A DNA stretch of 64,000 bases from Octopus vulgaris (GCA_951406725.2 OX597821.1:77190001-77254000), one strand, 5' to 3'; counted from the stretch's first letter, positions 13,406-27,713 are shown. Notes: generated from the letters alone by a model not told the origin. Made by a program: numbers and translations.

Positions 13406-14669
13406 GTAGTCAGCGAAAGCGGAAGTGAGCCAACCGTGGCTCGAGTTGCTACTAATGAAATTAAAAGCAGTGACACCATCAGTCAACGGTGTCTGAAATA
13501 AATCGCCATGACAGGTAAGCTGACGGCAATGGAGGAAAATTTAAGTGAAGTAGAAGGCAAGAAAACCGGAAGTGAACAATAGTAACACACGAGACGACAG
13601 AAACGGAAGTAAGATGATAGGACACATCATATGAAAAAAGTTGCTGAAAGAGACAGTAAATGAAAGATGCGGATAAGATTTGTATTTCGTGTTTGTAAGT
13701 CTATCAGTCGACTCTACTGGCCCAGAAATGTTACAGAGATTCTAATCAAAATTCGCAGCGGCTGAAGAGCAGATTATTTAATTAGAACTTCCTTCGCATC
13801 TTCACGTTTATCTATCTTAACAGATTAAAAATTTATTTAAAAAAAACAATGTTGATTCCTTGAATAGTCACAAGACCTTCAATAATGCTAGACAGAACAA
13901 TCGATTCGGTCACCCTCTTCGATTTTATTTTCAGCATCGTTTATCTTTAATCTTTTTCTCGTTGCAAAGCGAGGCCCTGATTAAATAGACTTATGATTAA
14001 AAGCCAAGGTTATACCACTTAATCCTATACTAGGAACAGGTTTGTTCTCCCTTTTGTTACCATATTTCTGAGCAAATACACCGCCGTTTTTCAATTAGCT
14101 TTTAAAATGATAAAGAATTTAGTAAAATGACTTAAGCTATAGTTTGTAACAAAAATTTATGTGAAATTTGAATGCAAACGTTTGATTTAAATTACTTTAA
14201 AAGGAAAGATTTTATCATACAACTCATGGTGACCTCAAGCGGCTTGATATCAAATAAGTTAAAAAAGTTGTGGTATACTTCTGAGAGAAGATTGATTGAT
14301 ATTTTGCTGGTTTGTATTAGCAAATATCTATTATTAATTAGGCAATGGGCGCATCAAACTTCAAAGGAATATCTTTTTATTGAAGATTTACTATCTAAAA
14401 AGGTTACAAAAATCGAACTCAGAAATTTATATTTCTAATAGACTTCAATTTGTGGAGGCTCAACTCCAACCTGTTTATATTAAATTTAAGAAGTTATTGC
14501 GATGTTGATAATAACTGGGAGAGTTTGATCAAAGATTTCAGGAATGGTTGAAGTGAAATTTGCTTTCTTCTCATAATTCTTTTTATGATGTTGTTTCATT
14601 TATTATGTTAGAAATGGGTTCATATCATGTGCGAATCTCTGTGAGTGCATGCGCTGTATAAAGCGTATG

Positions 14670-14717
<48 letters not shown>

Positions 14718-15409
14718 TTATTTATATTTATATTTATACGTGCATGCATATGCAATTTCGTATATGTATACACACACAGATATACATGCATACATGTGTG
14801 TGAATGTAACCACGAATTTTATTAAGAGAATTAGGATAAATATATAACACCACAAATGTTCTTAGACACAAATTATTGGCGTAAAGGGGTCTGTAAACGA
14901 GCTTACTACGGAAACAACAACAACAACAACAACAACAACAAGGGCAGCAACTAAATCAACAGCATAAGAATAATAACAGCAACATTAATAAACAGTTGAA
15001 TAAAAGCAAACAATGGACGCTTTCCAAGCTTGTATTATATATACATGTATGTTGATGTATGTGTGTATTTATATGTGTATCTGTGTGCGTATAAACAACG
15101 CATATATATTCAAGCAGCATATGTGTATATATGTGTGTGTGTGTATGTGTTTATGTATTGTTTTGCGTGAGCACAGTTGGGTGCTGAAGAATTTTATGAC
15201 CGAATCTAACCATTCTAGAAGCCATTAGTGTCCCTAAATCTCATAATGTAGACACCATCTGTTATCTGAGAGTCGAAATATTATTTATGTTTACGGCATT
15301 TCATTAATGCCTACGACTGTTCACTTACCAACACCGCGACTGTTCACTTAAGAATAACTATTTCGAAAACAAACACGCGAACGGCAGAACCAAGAAAGAA
15401 AAAGAAGTA

Positions 15410-15472
<63 letters not shown>

Positions 15473-16443
15473 TGTTCCCAAACTCTCAAAATAATATTTG
15501 CTCATGTGTATCTGTTGTTAACAAGTTTAATCTCATCACGATTTTTATTTAACGAATTCTTCAAATTTAAAGAATGTTTCTAACTTTTGTTTCTCATTTT
15601 TTTATTAACGTTTGTTTCATTTTTTCCTATCTTTATTTTTTTTTTTTTTTTTCACAGTCTAAGAACCTCAGTGAATTTATTGCAAGAATTCGTAGATGTT
15701 AAACTGATGAGAAAAGTTATGTTACTCCCCCTGGAAAGGACGCTTGAATATAATTTCTTATTCACTTCTGCATGGATTATGCATGTTTCATGACCAAATT
15801 CGTCATTGAATATCTCAATGCGACATATCAGCAACTGGAAAAGGCTGAAAAAGTTAAGAGCCAACTCCCTAGAATGAAGACGTGAAGGAAATGCAGTGAT
15901 ATACTCCTGGAAAATCCTGCGAGATTTGTGCTAAACATTGGCATAAAAATTTACATAAACAGCAGAACAGGACATCACTGCATAGTGCCAAGGATCCAAA
16001 CATTATTATCAGGATACAGCTTTGGATTTCAAGGGCCCACAGCTCTTGAATATCCTCTCAAAAAGCCTGAGAGACCTTCATGGGGTGGTTGCAGTTGCCA
16101 TCAATTCAAAACTGGATTTCCTCTAGTTAAAAGTTGAGGGCAGCAACATCAAATTCCCTCATTCACCAAATGCCACATATTAGGTTATCCCACTTAATAG
16201 CAAGGCTCACAGCAGTGCCCCAGCAAGGCCACAGCTCTCGAGCTGGAAAAACTAAACGAATAAAATAATGATATAAAGCAGGATAAGGGATTTTACCCTT
16301 TGACCAAAAAAACTTGCACTAAGAAGGTTTTCAAACAAAGAAGTAAATGAAAAGTTGATAAAATGGTCCTCAGTACATAACTGGTATTCATTATTCACAT
16401 TATTTACATTTGACGGATATTTGTCCTCATCTTGTTTGTTATT

Positions 16444-16489
16444 AACACAACGTTTCGGCTCATATAAGCCCCAACTTTCATCAGGTGTC
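16444..16489 (-). ncRNA. Hammerhead ribozyme motif in SINE tail
   Basis: GACAC-CTGATGA-aagttgg-GGCT-tatatg-AGCC-GAAAC-GTT-GTGTT: canonical core, stem I GACAC/GTGTT, irregular stem II. Confidence 0.7.
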
Positions 16490-16540
16490 TTGGGGAAATT
16501 TCGAACCTGAGTTCTCCTTCTGAGGGTAGTTTTCCAATGC

Positions 16541-16600
<60 letters not shown>

Positions 16601-16604
<4 letters not shown>

Positions 16605-16832
16605 TAGTTTTATTTTTATAGCGTGCTTTCACTTCACTACCGAGCGCAGCTCTGTGTGCCTTAGGTATGTGCTGTGATTTGTTGTGATGCTCTGATGGTT
16701 ATTGTATGGAAAGTGTTCTGCGTAGGATGTGTGCAGTGCCTAGTAGTGCAATTTTCTGTATGTTATATGTGTTTGTAAGTCCTGGTGTTTTTGTTATGTA
16801 TTTGTCTGAATATTTTTTTATCATGCCTAATG

Positions 16833-16834
<2 letters not shown>
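16601..16834 (-). mobile_element. Second short 3' fragment of the same R4/Dong element
   Basis: Near-identical to 16863-17105 and separated from it by (TTA)n. Confidence 0.9.
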
Positions 16835-16862
<28 letters not shown>

Positions 16863-16866
<4 letters not shown>

Positions 16867-18143
16867 TAGTTTTATTTTTATTTTTATTTTTAGCGTGCTT
16901 TCACTTCACTACCGAGCGCAGCTCTGTGTGCCTTGGGTATGTGCTGTGATTTGTTGTGATGCTCTGATGGTTATTGTATGGAAAGTGTTCTGCGTAGGAT
17001 GTGTGCAGTGCCTAGTAGTGCAATTTTCTGTATGTTATATGTGTTTGTAAGTCCTGGTGTTTTTGTTATGTATTTGTCTGAATATTTTTTTATCATGCCT
17101 AATGCACCTACTATGATAGGAATTGTTTCTGTTTTCAGATTCCACATTCTAGTTACCTCTATTTCCAGGTCTTTGTATTTTGAGAGTTTCTCCATTTCTT
17201 TTAGAGACACGTTGTCATCTGCCGGTACTGATACATCAATTAGAAAGCATTTTTTTCTTCATGGTCTCTGACAACTATATCTGGTCTGTTGGCCTTAATT
17301 TCTCTATCTGTGTGTATCGGCATATCCCAGAGTATGGTTACTTTCTCGTTTTCTGTGACCTTTTCTGGTGTGTGCCTATACTGTCTTTTTTCTGTTGTTA
17401 TTCCATAATGTTGGCATAGCTTCCAATGTATGTAAGTTCCAACTCTGTCATGTCTGTGAATATATTCCTTCTTAGCCAGGACTGGGCAGCTAGAGATAAT
17501 ATGATTTATTGTTTCTTGTCCATCTCCACATATTCTGCAGTTACTTGTAATATTTCTTTTCATTACATGTTTTTGGTAATTTCTGGTGGGAAGGCTTTGG
17601 TCTTGTGCTGCAATTAAAAATCCCTCTGTTTCTGCTTTGAGTCCTGAGCTTCTCAACCATTGCTGGGATTTTTCTTTGTCTATTTCTTTTGCGTTTAGTT
17701 TAGTCCAGTATTTACCATGAAGGGGCTTTTCTTGCCATCGTTTTATCATGGTTCGTTGCTGTTCTATTTTTAGTTTGGATTTCATTTTTTTTTATAGCTT
17801 TTGTTGTTTCTTCATCTTCTTCTTCTTCTTCTTCTTCATGTTTATTAGGTGGTATGATTTCTTGTTTGTATTTGTCAGCTTCCTTAAATACTGAGAACAG
17901 TTTTTTGTTTTGCTCGTGTTTTGCCGCTATCTGGATCAGTTTTCCTTCCTTCTGAAGTAGATATTTTTGCAGTCCTATGGTGGTTATTTTATAGTAGTTT
18001 TCCAGCTGTATAAGGCCTCTACCACCTTCTATACGTTGTATATATAGTCTTTCTATGTCAGATTTTGGGTGATGCATCCTAGATCCTGTCATTATTTTTC
18101 TTGTTTTCCTGTCTATTTTGGCAGTTCATTTCGTGTCCAGTTT
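16863..18143 (-). mobile_element. 5'-truncated R4/Dong-type non-LTR retrotransposon (RLE endonuclease), frameshifted
   Basis: Three overlapping ORFs give RLYIQRIEGGRGL, the CCHC finger CRICGDGQETINHIISSC, RHD and the PD..D..K RLE motif (RPDIVV...IDVSVP...EKLSKY). Both ends lie in (TAA)n. Confidence 0.92.
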
Positions 18144-18158
18144 ATTATTATTATTATT

Positions 18159-18339
<181 letters not shown>

Positions 18340-18973
18340 TCACTGCCTGGAGTTGAAGTCGGAATCTTGGGGTTAGTAGCCCGCGCTCTCAACCACTACA
18401 CCATATGCCCGTGGGCATAACTGGTATTGTATTCTGTAGATCACGAAAGAGTGAAGGAGAGAATTTATATCGGTGAAATTTAAACTCAGAGCTAAAATAT
18501 CGTAACAAAAAACGTTTTATCGATTCTGCCAACCCACCGCCCCAGTTACAGGTTCCGGGTTCAGACCCACTGCGTGGCACCTTGCACAGGTTTGTTCTAA
18601 TATAACTTCGGAACAACCAAAGCGCTGTGAGTGGATTTGGTAGACGGAAACTGAAAGAAGCCCGTTATATAACTCTGTGTGTGTATCAGTATGTGTGTAT
18701 GTGTGTATGTGTGTGTGTGCGTGTGTGTGTGTGTGTGTGAGTGTGTGCGTGTGTGTTTGTGTGTGTGTCAGTGTGTGTGTGCGTGCGTGTGTGTGCGTGT
18801 CTTTCCGTCTATGCTTGTTCCCCACCACCGTTTGACAACGTCTTCGTAATACATACACACACATACATACACACACACACACATACATACATACATACAC
18901 ATACATATATACACACACATACATACACACACATACATACATACATACATACATACATACATACATACATACA

Positions 18974-19007
<34 letters not shown>

Positions 19008-19032
19008 CATACATGCATGCATGCATGCGCGC

Positions 19033-19066
<34 letters not shown>

Positions 19067-19566
19067 ATGTATTAATGTATGTGTGTGAGTGGTTTGTCCC
19101 AACACCGAAAGCAAGAATAAAACGTTCTATTTTAGAAGGGTTTAGTCGCACCATTACTTATCATTCTAAAGTCTGGTATTGATTGTATCTTCTGCCGAAC
19201 CGCTAACTTACAATAAATAAATCAAGACCGAGCTTCCTCGCAATTTCCATCTACTCATAAGTCATTCGTCAGCCTGGAGCTATAGTAGAAGATACTTGAC
19301 ATGCTATGAAATAGCAGGCAAATATCTCTCAATATCACAGCTTTCCTCATTAAGGAAGTATAGACAATCGGCTAATGGTGGACACTCCTGTCTTGAAACG
19401 ACAGACGAGATTTCCGAAATTTTTTACTGAATAACCGGCACAGATGCTTTGTTTAGAGCGATCAAATGTTTGTGCCGCTCATTAGCGAATTCGTCTCCAT
19501 CAAATTCTCATTGTTTGTACCTGTACACGGTGTGCCACACGTCAGGTGCAGAAATGATCGCCAGAC

Positions 19567-20020
19567 GGCGAGCTGGCAGAAACGTTAGCACGCCGGGCGA
19601 AATGCGTAGCCGTATTTCGTCTGCCGCTACGTTCTGAGTTCAAATTCCGCCGAAGTCGACTTTGCCTTTCATCCTTTCGAGGTCGATAAATAAGTACCAG
19701 TTACGCAATCGATTTAATCCCTTTGTCTGTCTTTGTTTGTCCCCTCGATGGGATGGTCTCGGCTAAATCACTTTTGATTTTAGGATCCACTCCATTAAGC
19801 GTGGCCTATAAGTTTCTTTACTACCTACAAGGGGCTAAACACAGAGGGGACAAACAAGGACAAACAAACGGATTAAGTCGGTTATATCGACACCAGTGCG
19901 TAACTGGTACTTAATTTATCGACCCCGAAAGAATGAAAGGCAAAGTCGACCTCGGCGGAATTTGAACTCTGAACGTAACGGCAGACGAAATACGACTAAC
20001 GTTTCTGTCAGCTCAACGCC
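19567..20020. mobile_element. Tail-to-tail inverted pair of family A SINEs
   Basis: Plus copy about 19567-19745 and minus copy about 19812-20020. Confidence 0.85.
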
Positions 20021-20233
20021 TATGAAGCATGACCTATAGCTTAACAGCAACAATTAAAATTACGGTCGTTAATTATATGTAACAACTACCCGAGACGACG
20101 ATTAGCTATTTAAGTCTAAATGAACTTAGCTTGAAAGTATAAAGTCCCTTAGTGTTTAATACAGCTCAGTGCGTGTGTCGAGTTACGAACCATTCCCGAT
20201 TGTACGACTTCCTTTGAGAGTCGATAAAATAAG

Positions 20234-20925
20234 GCTGCGAGCTGGCAGAAACGTTAGCGCGCAGGGCGAAATGCTTAGCGGTATTTCGTCTGCCTCTACG
20301 TTCTGAGTTGAAATTCCTTCCAGGTCGAATTTGCCTTTCATCCTTTCGGGGTCGATTAAATAAGTACCAGTTACGCACTGGGGTCGATATAATCGACTTA
20401 ATCCCCTTATCTCTCCTTGTTTGTCCCCTCTGTATGTAGCCCCTTGTGTGTAATAAAGAAATAGGTATTTCGTCTGCCGCTACGTTGTGAGTTCAAATTC
20501 CGCCGAGGTCGACTTTGCCTTTCATCCTTTCGGGGTCGATTAAATAAGTACCAGTTACGCACTGGGGTCGATATAATCGACTTAATCCCCTTATCTCTCC
20601 TTGTTTGTCCCCTCTGTATGTAGCCCCTTGTGTGTAATAAAGAAATAGGTATTTCGTCTGCCGCTACGTTGTGAGTTCAAATTCCGCCGAGGTCGACTTT
20701 GCCTTTCATCCTTTCGGGGTCGATTAAATAAGTACCAGTTACGCACTGGGGTCGTTATAATCGACTTAATCCGTTTGTCTGTCCTTGTTTGTCCTCTCTG
20801 TGTTTAGCCCCTTGTCGGTAGTAAAGAAATAGATAAAATAAGCATCAGTGTAGTCGATGTAATCGACTACCCCCCTCCCGATCCAACACAAAAAATTGCT
20901 GGCATTGTGCATATTATAGAAAGGA
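20234..20925 (+). mobile_element. Family A SINE with a 184-bp internal unit in three tandem copies
   Basis: GGTATTTCGTCTGCC at 20280, 20464 and 20648. Confidence 0.9.
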
Positions 20926-21911
20926 CTTTTTAATCGGCCACCCACAGATTGCTATTAACGACTCGGCATTTGTTCAATCAAAGTATTGCACAGTGAACCT
21001 CCTTCCTTTCTTCCTTCCTTCCTTCTCTCTCTCTCTCTAATGTAAATATAACAGTCATTCTAAAGTACTACGAAACATCTTATCCGCTGTACTATTTCTG
21101 TTAATAGAGTCAGGCACCAGAGCGAACATCTGTTCTTTGTGATTGAGCTCCTGCTTAATTACCCGCCATGCAACAACTGCGTCAAGGGTGCAGCGTCAAA
21201 TGATAATGCAGTCTATTAATGAAAACTGCAACAAGTACATCGCATTGTTGTCACTGTAGAGACTCATTGAAATTAATGAGGTTTGGAGTAAAAGATAACC
21301 GGAACATAAATGTAATTCCTTGCATGCACAACAATCCAAACAAACCTAGAATAACAAGGTACTCTACTCCTCCCACTGGCGGCGCTGTCTAGGTCTTTAC
21401 CAGACAAGTTGTTTGTTTGTTTGTTCGTTTGTATTTTTGTTGTTTTGTTATGTTTTTTACAACGGATTGGTATTTAGGAATTTTAATTCCCGAAAACTGC
21501 GAGCAACAGCGAAAACGAAATCTGGAAATAAGATGTTAAAGAGAATATTTATCAGAGGAATTGGTGTATAATAGAATTATTAGTAGAATGGGTACCTTTC
21601 AAGCCATGATTGCGCTACATAAAACTTGCCGTTAAGTTTTGGCCTAAATATTGCAGCGCTGCAACATGATATACTTCACTGCTGGAGTGAGAGTCTGATG
21701 TTCTGGTAATATGTCTGTGTCTATAATAAAACAGATCGGTGACAATGGTTCAGTGATTAAGGAAGACGTCAGTCTCTGGTCTAGAATTTTTCGTCTCGAT
21801 AATCCCGTGTTGCCTCCTTAAGCGAGATTCTTCATTACAACATGTTACGGTTTTTCAATCAACTGTGCTGAAATTTACTTCGCAAGAGCCATACTTCTCC
21901 AGACGGTACAT

Positions 21912-22121
21912 AAGCCGTTCAAGAATTTGGACCTGGAGATCTCCATTTCCAGCAACTTCGAGGGCCACCTCCCAGTGGTGTCGGGCGTCAACGAAGAGCC
22001 CTCGACTACAACAAGGCGACCAAAGTTTTTTTTTCCAAGGTCTGGGGTCTCCTGCTCCTAAGCCCTAGACCATCACCTAATCACCTTACTCCTCTTGTTG
22101 CTTAACAACAACAACAACAAC
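21912..22121 (+). mobile_element. Short dispersed retroposon-like repeat with (CAA)n tail; second copy at 49786-49969 (-)
   Basis: AGCCGTTCAAGAATTTGGACCTGGAGATCTCC...CCTAAGCCCTAGACCATCACCTAATCACC...TTGCTTAACAACAAC is shared by both loci. Confidence 0.75.
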
Positions 22122-22163
22122 GATGGTACATAATGTAAACTTCAGCTTTCCTTGTGCTAAGTG

Positions 22164-22725
22164 AAGGCGCATGGCTTAGGGTATTCGGGTCACGATGCTG
22201 AGGTCGTGAGTTCGATACCTGGTGATGCGTGTGTCCTTGTGCAAGACACTTTATTTCACGCTGCTCCAATCCACTCAGCTGGCAAAACTCTTTTACTTGT
22301 TTCAGTCATTTGACTGTGGCCATGCTGTAGCACCGCCTTTAGTCGAGCAAATCGACCCCAGGACTTATTCTTTGCAAGCCTAGTACTTATTCTATCGGTC
22401 TCTTTTGCCGAACCGCTAAGTTCTACTATAAGCCCGAGGCTTATAGTAGAAGACACTTGCCCAAGGTGCCACGTAATGGGACTGAACCCGGAACCATGTG
22501 GTTTAAAGCAAGTTACTTGCCATACAGCCACTCCTACAAAAAAGTGAATTCTTTATGTAGTTCAAAGGGCCAGCCTTGTCGCAGTCTGTGTCACGCTCAA
22601 TCTCCCTTAGGACTACGTGGAAGGTACGCGCTTCTGTGGAGTACTCAGCCACTTTAATTCCAGGAGCAGACTCACTGTTCCATTCATCGGATCTTCTGGA
22701 ACCCTTATCGTCGTAACCGACGAAG
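22164..22725 (+). mobile_element. SINE family D interrupted by a reverse family B SINE (about 22287-22533)
   Basis: Collinear with the intact copy at 35247-35560 once the insert is removed. Confidence 0.8.
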
Positions 22726-23350
22726 TTCGAGTTCACATAGCACTAGGAAAACAATCTTCTTTTAAAATAACAATTTATTATGTGTGGGGTGTGAAGACGT
22801 GACCTTAAATACCAAATATTGACAGATATCTCCGATTCGGATTTTCTGATAGAAAAAGTTTTGTTGACGAAAGGAAGAGGAAAATTAGTTACTCTGCCAT
22901 AAAAAGTAAAAACAAAAAAAAAATCATTCAGCGTTTCGGACTTTCAACTTTCTTCAAAGAGAGAAAAATAGGCGTCGGCATAGATGTGTGATTAAGAATC
23001 TTGCTTTGCAACTACATTGTTATGGGTTTCAGTCCCACTGAGAGGCATCATGGGCAAGTGTCTTCCATAGTCCCAGGTCTACCAATGACATATGAGAAAA
23101 TTTGGTAAACAAGAAACCGTGTGTTGTGAATATGTGTGTCTTACCCAAACACCCACCCGCCGTTTGACGTCCCCTCGAGTCGATTTTGTTTCGAATGATT
23201 AAATAAGGGCCATATTTAAAATATAAATATTTGGGTCTATTTGTTCGAGAAAAAACCCTCTCTCTCTCCCTCTTGATATATATACATATATATATATGAT
23301 TGAATAAGTTGGAGTCAACAAGAAGCAGAACAGAGAAGCATTTATTTGTA

Positions 23351-23456
23351 ATCGCTACAGTTGTTTCCACACAACGTAGTTCTCCAGGTTCGCAGGCATT
23401 TGGTTACGTAACCGTTTCCCTGCATTATGGGATCTTGTTGTGTCTCATCAGGTGAT
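23351..23456 (-). ncRNA. Hammerhead motif with large stem II insertion in a Penelope-like remnant
   Basis: ATCAC-CTGATGA-G-ACACAAC-[~60 nt]-GTTGTGT-G-GAAAC-aact-GTA-GCGAT. Confidence 0.65.
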
Positions 23457-23799
23457 ATTTAGATATTGTTTCTGTCTTCCGTAAACTCAAATCTTCAGCT
23501 TCGACCGCATCCTTTCTGTCCGTAGTGGCTATACGTGGTACTAATAACCACTCGGTATACCGAGATGTGTGTTGTGGTTGAAAGTATGTGGGTGAATCTG
23601 TTTTAAATGTATGTATGTATGGAGCGGGGGTGGCCGCTATGCTATGGATGGTAAGCATTGAGGTTCATACTGACGGGAGTGAGAGTCTATTTCTTTGTTC
23701 TGTTAATTCATTCTTCATGGTCAGTTCATTGGAATTGTCATTGGCTGACCTTCAAGAATTCACTGGTCATTCAGTTGACGAGCTTACATGTACATATTA

Positions 23800-24110
23800 C
23801 CGTAACCACCGTGACCGACCAGGCTATCAGATGTTACTACAGATCGCAGGTCACAATGCGCTCCGCATTGTTTTAGCCTTCAAATGACGTGAGCAAGCCA
23901 ACAGAAGTGAGCAAGCCAACAGAAGAAAGGGTGAGAGAAAGTTGCAGCGAAAGAGTACAGCAGGGATTGCCACCACCCCCTGCCGGAGCCTCGTGGAGCT
24001 TTAGGTGTTTTCCCTCAATATACACTCACAACTCCCGGTCTGGGAATCGAAACCGCGATCCTACGACCGCGAATCCGCTGCCCTAACCACTAGGTCATTG
24101 CGCCTCCACA
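23800..24110 (-). mobile_element. tRNA-derived SINE, family C (internally deleted)
   Basis: Head GGAGGCGCAATGACCTAGTGGTTAGGGCAGCGG...GGTTTCGATTCCC. The 3' part is shared with the fragment at 54196-54310. Confidence 0.85.
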
Positions 24111-24280
24111 TGTATATATACATCGTTCTATATAGATCTACGTAGATACACACCCATATATACATATTCATGCTACACGCATGGATAGCACTGAAGTGAA
24201 TTGGGAACTTGGACAAGCTTTATACTGCACTCTACTACGTTCTTGACAGAATATAACCTAACTTTATGTGTGTCTATGCG

Positions 24281-24327
<47 letters not shown>

Positions 24328-24527
24328 GTGTGTGTGTGTGTGTGTATGTTTGGGTGCGTGTGTGGGTGTGGGTGTGATTTAATATGCACAAATTATAAAA
24401 GAGGTGTAAATAGTTACATGCTTTAGAGATACAATAAATTGGCAGATTAATAGAACATGCTGTGTATCTCCAAGCAATCTTTTAGGATCAGTACTTTTTG
24501 TTGACCCTACTTATAGCGTAACTGTAA

Positions 24528-24558
<31 letters not shown>

Positions 24559-24879
24559 ACAAACTTGATAGAGATGTTATGTTAATGTAATTCAAACTAA
24601 AACGTTTTAGAACAAAATTCTACAATTTCTAATCTCAATTAGTAAAATTTTAAAATTCCTTCGTTCACTGCTTCGGTATTTTAAACTAAAATTCCACAAA
24701 GTTTATAATAAATTTAATTTTAGAATTACACGCTGATAATAATTTCGGGTTGCTTTGAAGATCACGTGATTATAAGGTTTCAATGTTTAGGTCTTAATTA
24801 GCATGAAAAGCATGTTTTAATGTGTAGCTGTCGCGATGACAGCAATTAAATTAATGTGATGACACTTTTCTTTTTTTTT

Positions 24880-25470
24880 AGGCGCCAAGTCCAGAATATA
24901 GGACATGGGTGACCATATCCTGCCACAATTCTCTGTTCTTTGTTCTCTATTATAACAGTTCCATTTCTTCCTGATGCTTAATGCCTCTTCCTTCCAACCA
25001 ATTCGTCAAGCTTGCCATCCATATCCTCCTTCTCCTTCGTCTGATTCTTTCCGCTTCAGTCCCTCCGGTCATCCCTAAATTCTCCAGGCCCTCTTTCCTC
25101 ATCATGTGACCAATAAATCTCAGTTACTTGGCCCTCATCTCACAAAGTTTCCTATTTACCACAGCCTGGGTCATCACTTCGTTAGACCCTTTTATATGTC
25201 CATGCTATCCTCAATATTCACCTTAAGAACCACATTTCCCATCTCCCCGAGCACCTTCTCATTTCTAATGTTACAAACCATGCCTCACTTCCATATATTA
25301 ACACAAGGTAGACATAGCAGTCCAATGTACGGATCTTGCTCCTGCTGTTCAGAGTACGGCATCTCAAGGTGTTATACAATTTTGTGAATGCAGATTTTTA
25401 CCAGCACTATTTGTCTTTCGATCTCCATCACACATCTTTCGTCTTCTGTGAACAAAGTTCCAAGGAAGAG
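24880..25470 (-). mobile_element. Degenerate RTE-clade LINE 3' fragment
   Basis: Manual translation gives LGTLFTEDERCVMEIERQIVLVKSAFTKL and LENLGMTGGTEAERIRRRRRIWMASLTNW...KNRELWQDMVTHV, typical of the RTE C-terminus, with stops. Confidence 0.75.
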
Positions 25471-26038
25471 ATGACGCTACATGTTCTAAATTTTCTGTAG
25501 CGAACACCATCAATGAACAAATATAAAATTCCAGCTTGATCTGCTAAGAATAAAAGCCAAATTTCCCTCAACTCACGCCGACTGTCTTTAAAAAAAAAAG
25601 AAGAACGAAAGATACTTTATGCAAGGTAGACTTAGACAACTATATCTTACACAAAAAAGAGACGCGATGACTATGGTTGTAATGCTTTTCACCATATATT
25701 TGCTTGATTATGATTGCTCTGACGCTAAACAGCAGTAGCTGTGTGAATTCTGGTGATGCAGTTTCGATTTCGACTGAAGCCAATTCACTTCATTTACACA
25801 ACTATTATGTTTTGGAAAGGCATGAAGGCCCCGATATCTCACTTGTCACCCTCCCTTTTCCTTCAGAGTATGGTGCTTTGTATTTTGTCTCAAAGAAAGA
25901 CGATATGTCTAATGTGTATGGCTGCGTCTCTTCTTGCTTGCTATTGTTATTTTAACATTTTCATTTGTGTATTTGTCTGTGTGTGTGTGTGTATGTATAG
26001 TTGTGTGTGTGAAAGAGGAAAGAGAACGTGTGAGTGAG

Positions 26039-26085
<47 letters not shown>

Positions 26086-27339
26086 CTTCGAAGAGCTGAA
26101 GAAAATGTCGATGCGAAAGCCAGGCGATACAGACAGCTTTCAGGACTACGAGTGCAGGGGACTTATTACAAAAAGATAGTTTGATAGCAAAATAATTATT
26201 TGTTCAATGCAATGACATCTGCTGTTTGTATTTCAAAATAAAAAGAAAAACTGCGAAATAATTGCCTCCCATTATGTTTAAGCCATAAGTCAATAGAAAA
26301 CATTATTTTAAATCGATTTTTTTTTAAAGAAAAAATAAGGCTTTTAAATAAAATTGCTAGGAGACATGCAAAATAGTTCTCTTACCCCACACATTCATCA
26401 TTTGAAACTTAGAAAATATATCCACCAGACCTAATCTGAATTCTAATGATGGCGGATTTACAAAAATAAACATTGTTTTGTTAGAAATTAAAAGAACTGT
26501 TATTTTTTAAATGATTACATGGGAATATATTTCATGGCTTCTGCATGGAAAATATATAGCTAAGTGCATTTTAATGGACATAATAGGGTGAGATGAAATT
26601 AATTTCTAATCACATGAAATTATAATTGTTATTAGAATTAGAAAAACATCATTAGAGTGAATGAAAATTGCCATTTGCTTCCAAAATATGAAAGACAGAA
26701 TTTGTATGGTGTACGATAGAAAGTATGATCATAGAAAAAGTACCTGACCTTAAAACAAAATAAGTACAGGGGTCAATTCTTTCAACTAAAAACATTTTTC
26801 AAGGTGGTGCCCCAGCATGGCCACAGTCTAATGACTAAAACAAGTAAAATATAACAGATTTGTAGCTGTGGGGCTAAGATTTAAGAAAGAGGAATTTCAA
26901 ATTTTCATTCGCCCAAGAAGAAGAAATGAAGCTGGTTTTTGATTAGAATAATGATAGCTGATGATAATTTCAGCCTTGTTCGAACTTCTCAGCGAAATGT
27001 AGCCACTATACTTTTAAATTTATTGCTGTCTTGATTAAGCAGTCCTTGTTATCAAAATCGATGAAGCCACAACGAACATTCCAGTTATACTTCTTTTTAT
27101 TTATTTTCTTTTACTTGTTTTACTCATTGGATCGTGGCCATGCTGGGGCACCACCTTGAATGGTTTTAGTCGAATAAATCGAGCTCAGCAGTCATTTTTA
27201 TGTTCGGCTCTGATTCTATCGGTCTCTGATGCTGAACCGCAAATTAGGAGGACGGTAACACACGCATTGTCAGGTAGTCGATGGGATACAAACACAGATG
27301 TAAATATACACAGCGCACGGACACGCACTCTCACACACG

Positions 27340-27705
<366 letters not shown>

Positions 27706-27713
<8 letters not shown>

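Noticed and set aside
14045-14262. piggyBac-like MITE
   Set aside because: Termini too decayed and the left TTAA is absent.
17229-17240. Same A7 frameshift before CFLIDV in both R4/Dong copies (also about 59358-59364) as a programmed frameshift
   Set aside because: Homopolymer slippage, sequencing error or a shared defective parent is simpler; two copies are insufficient evidence.
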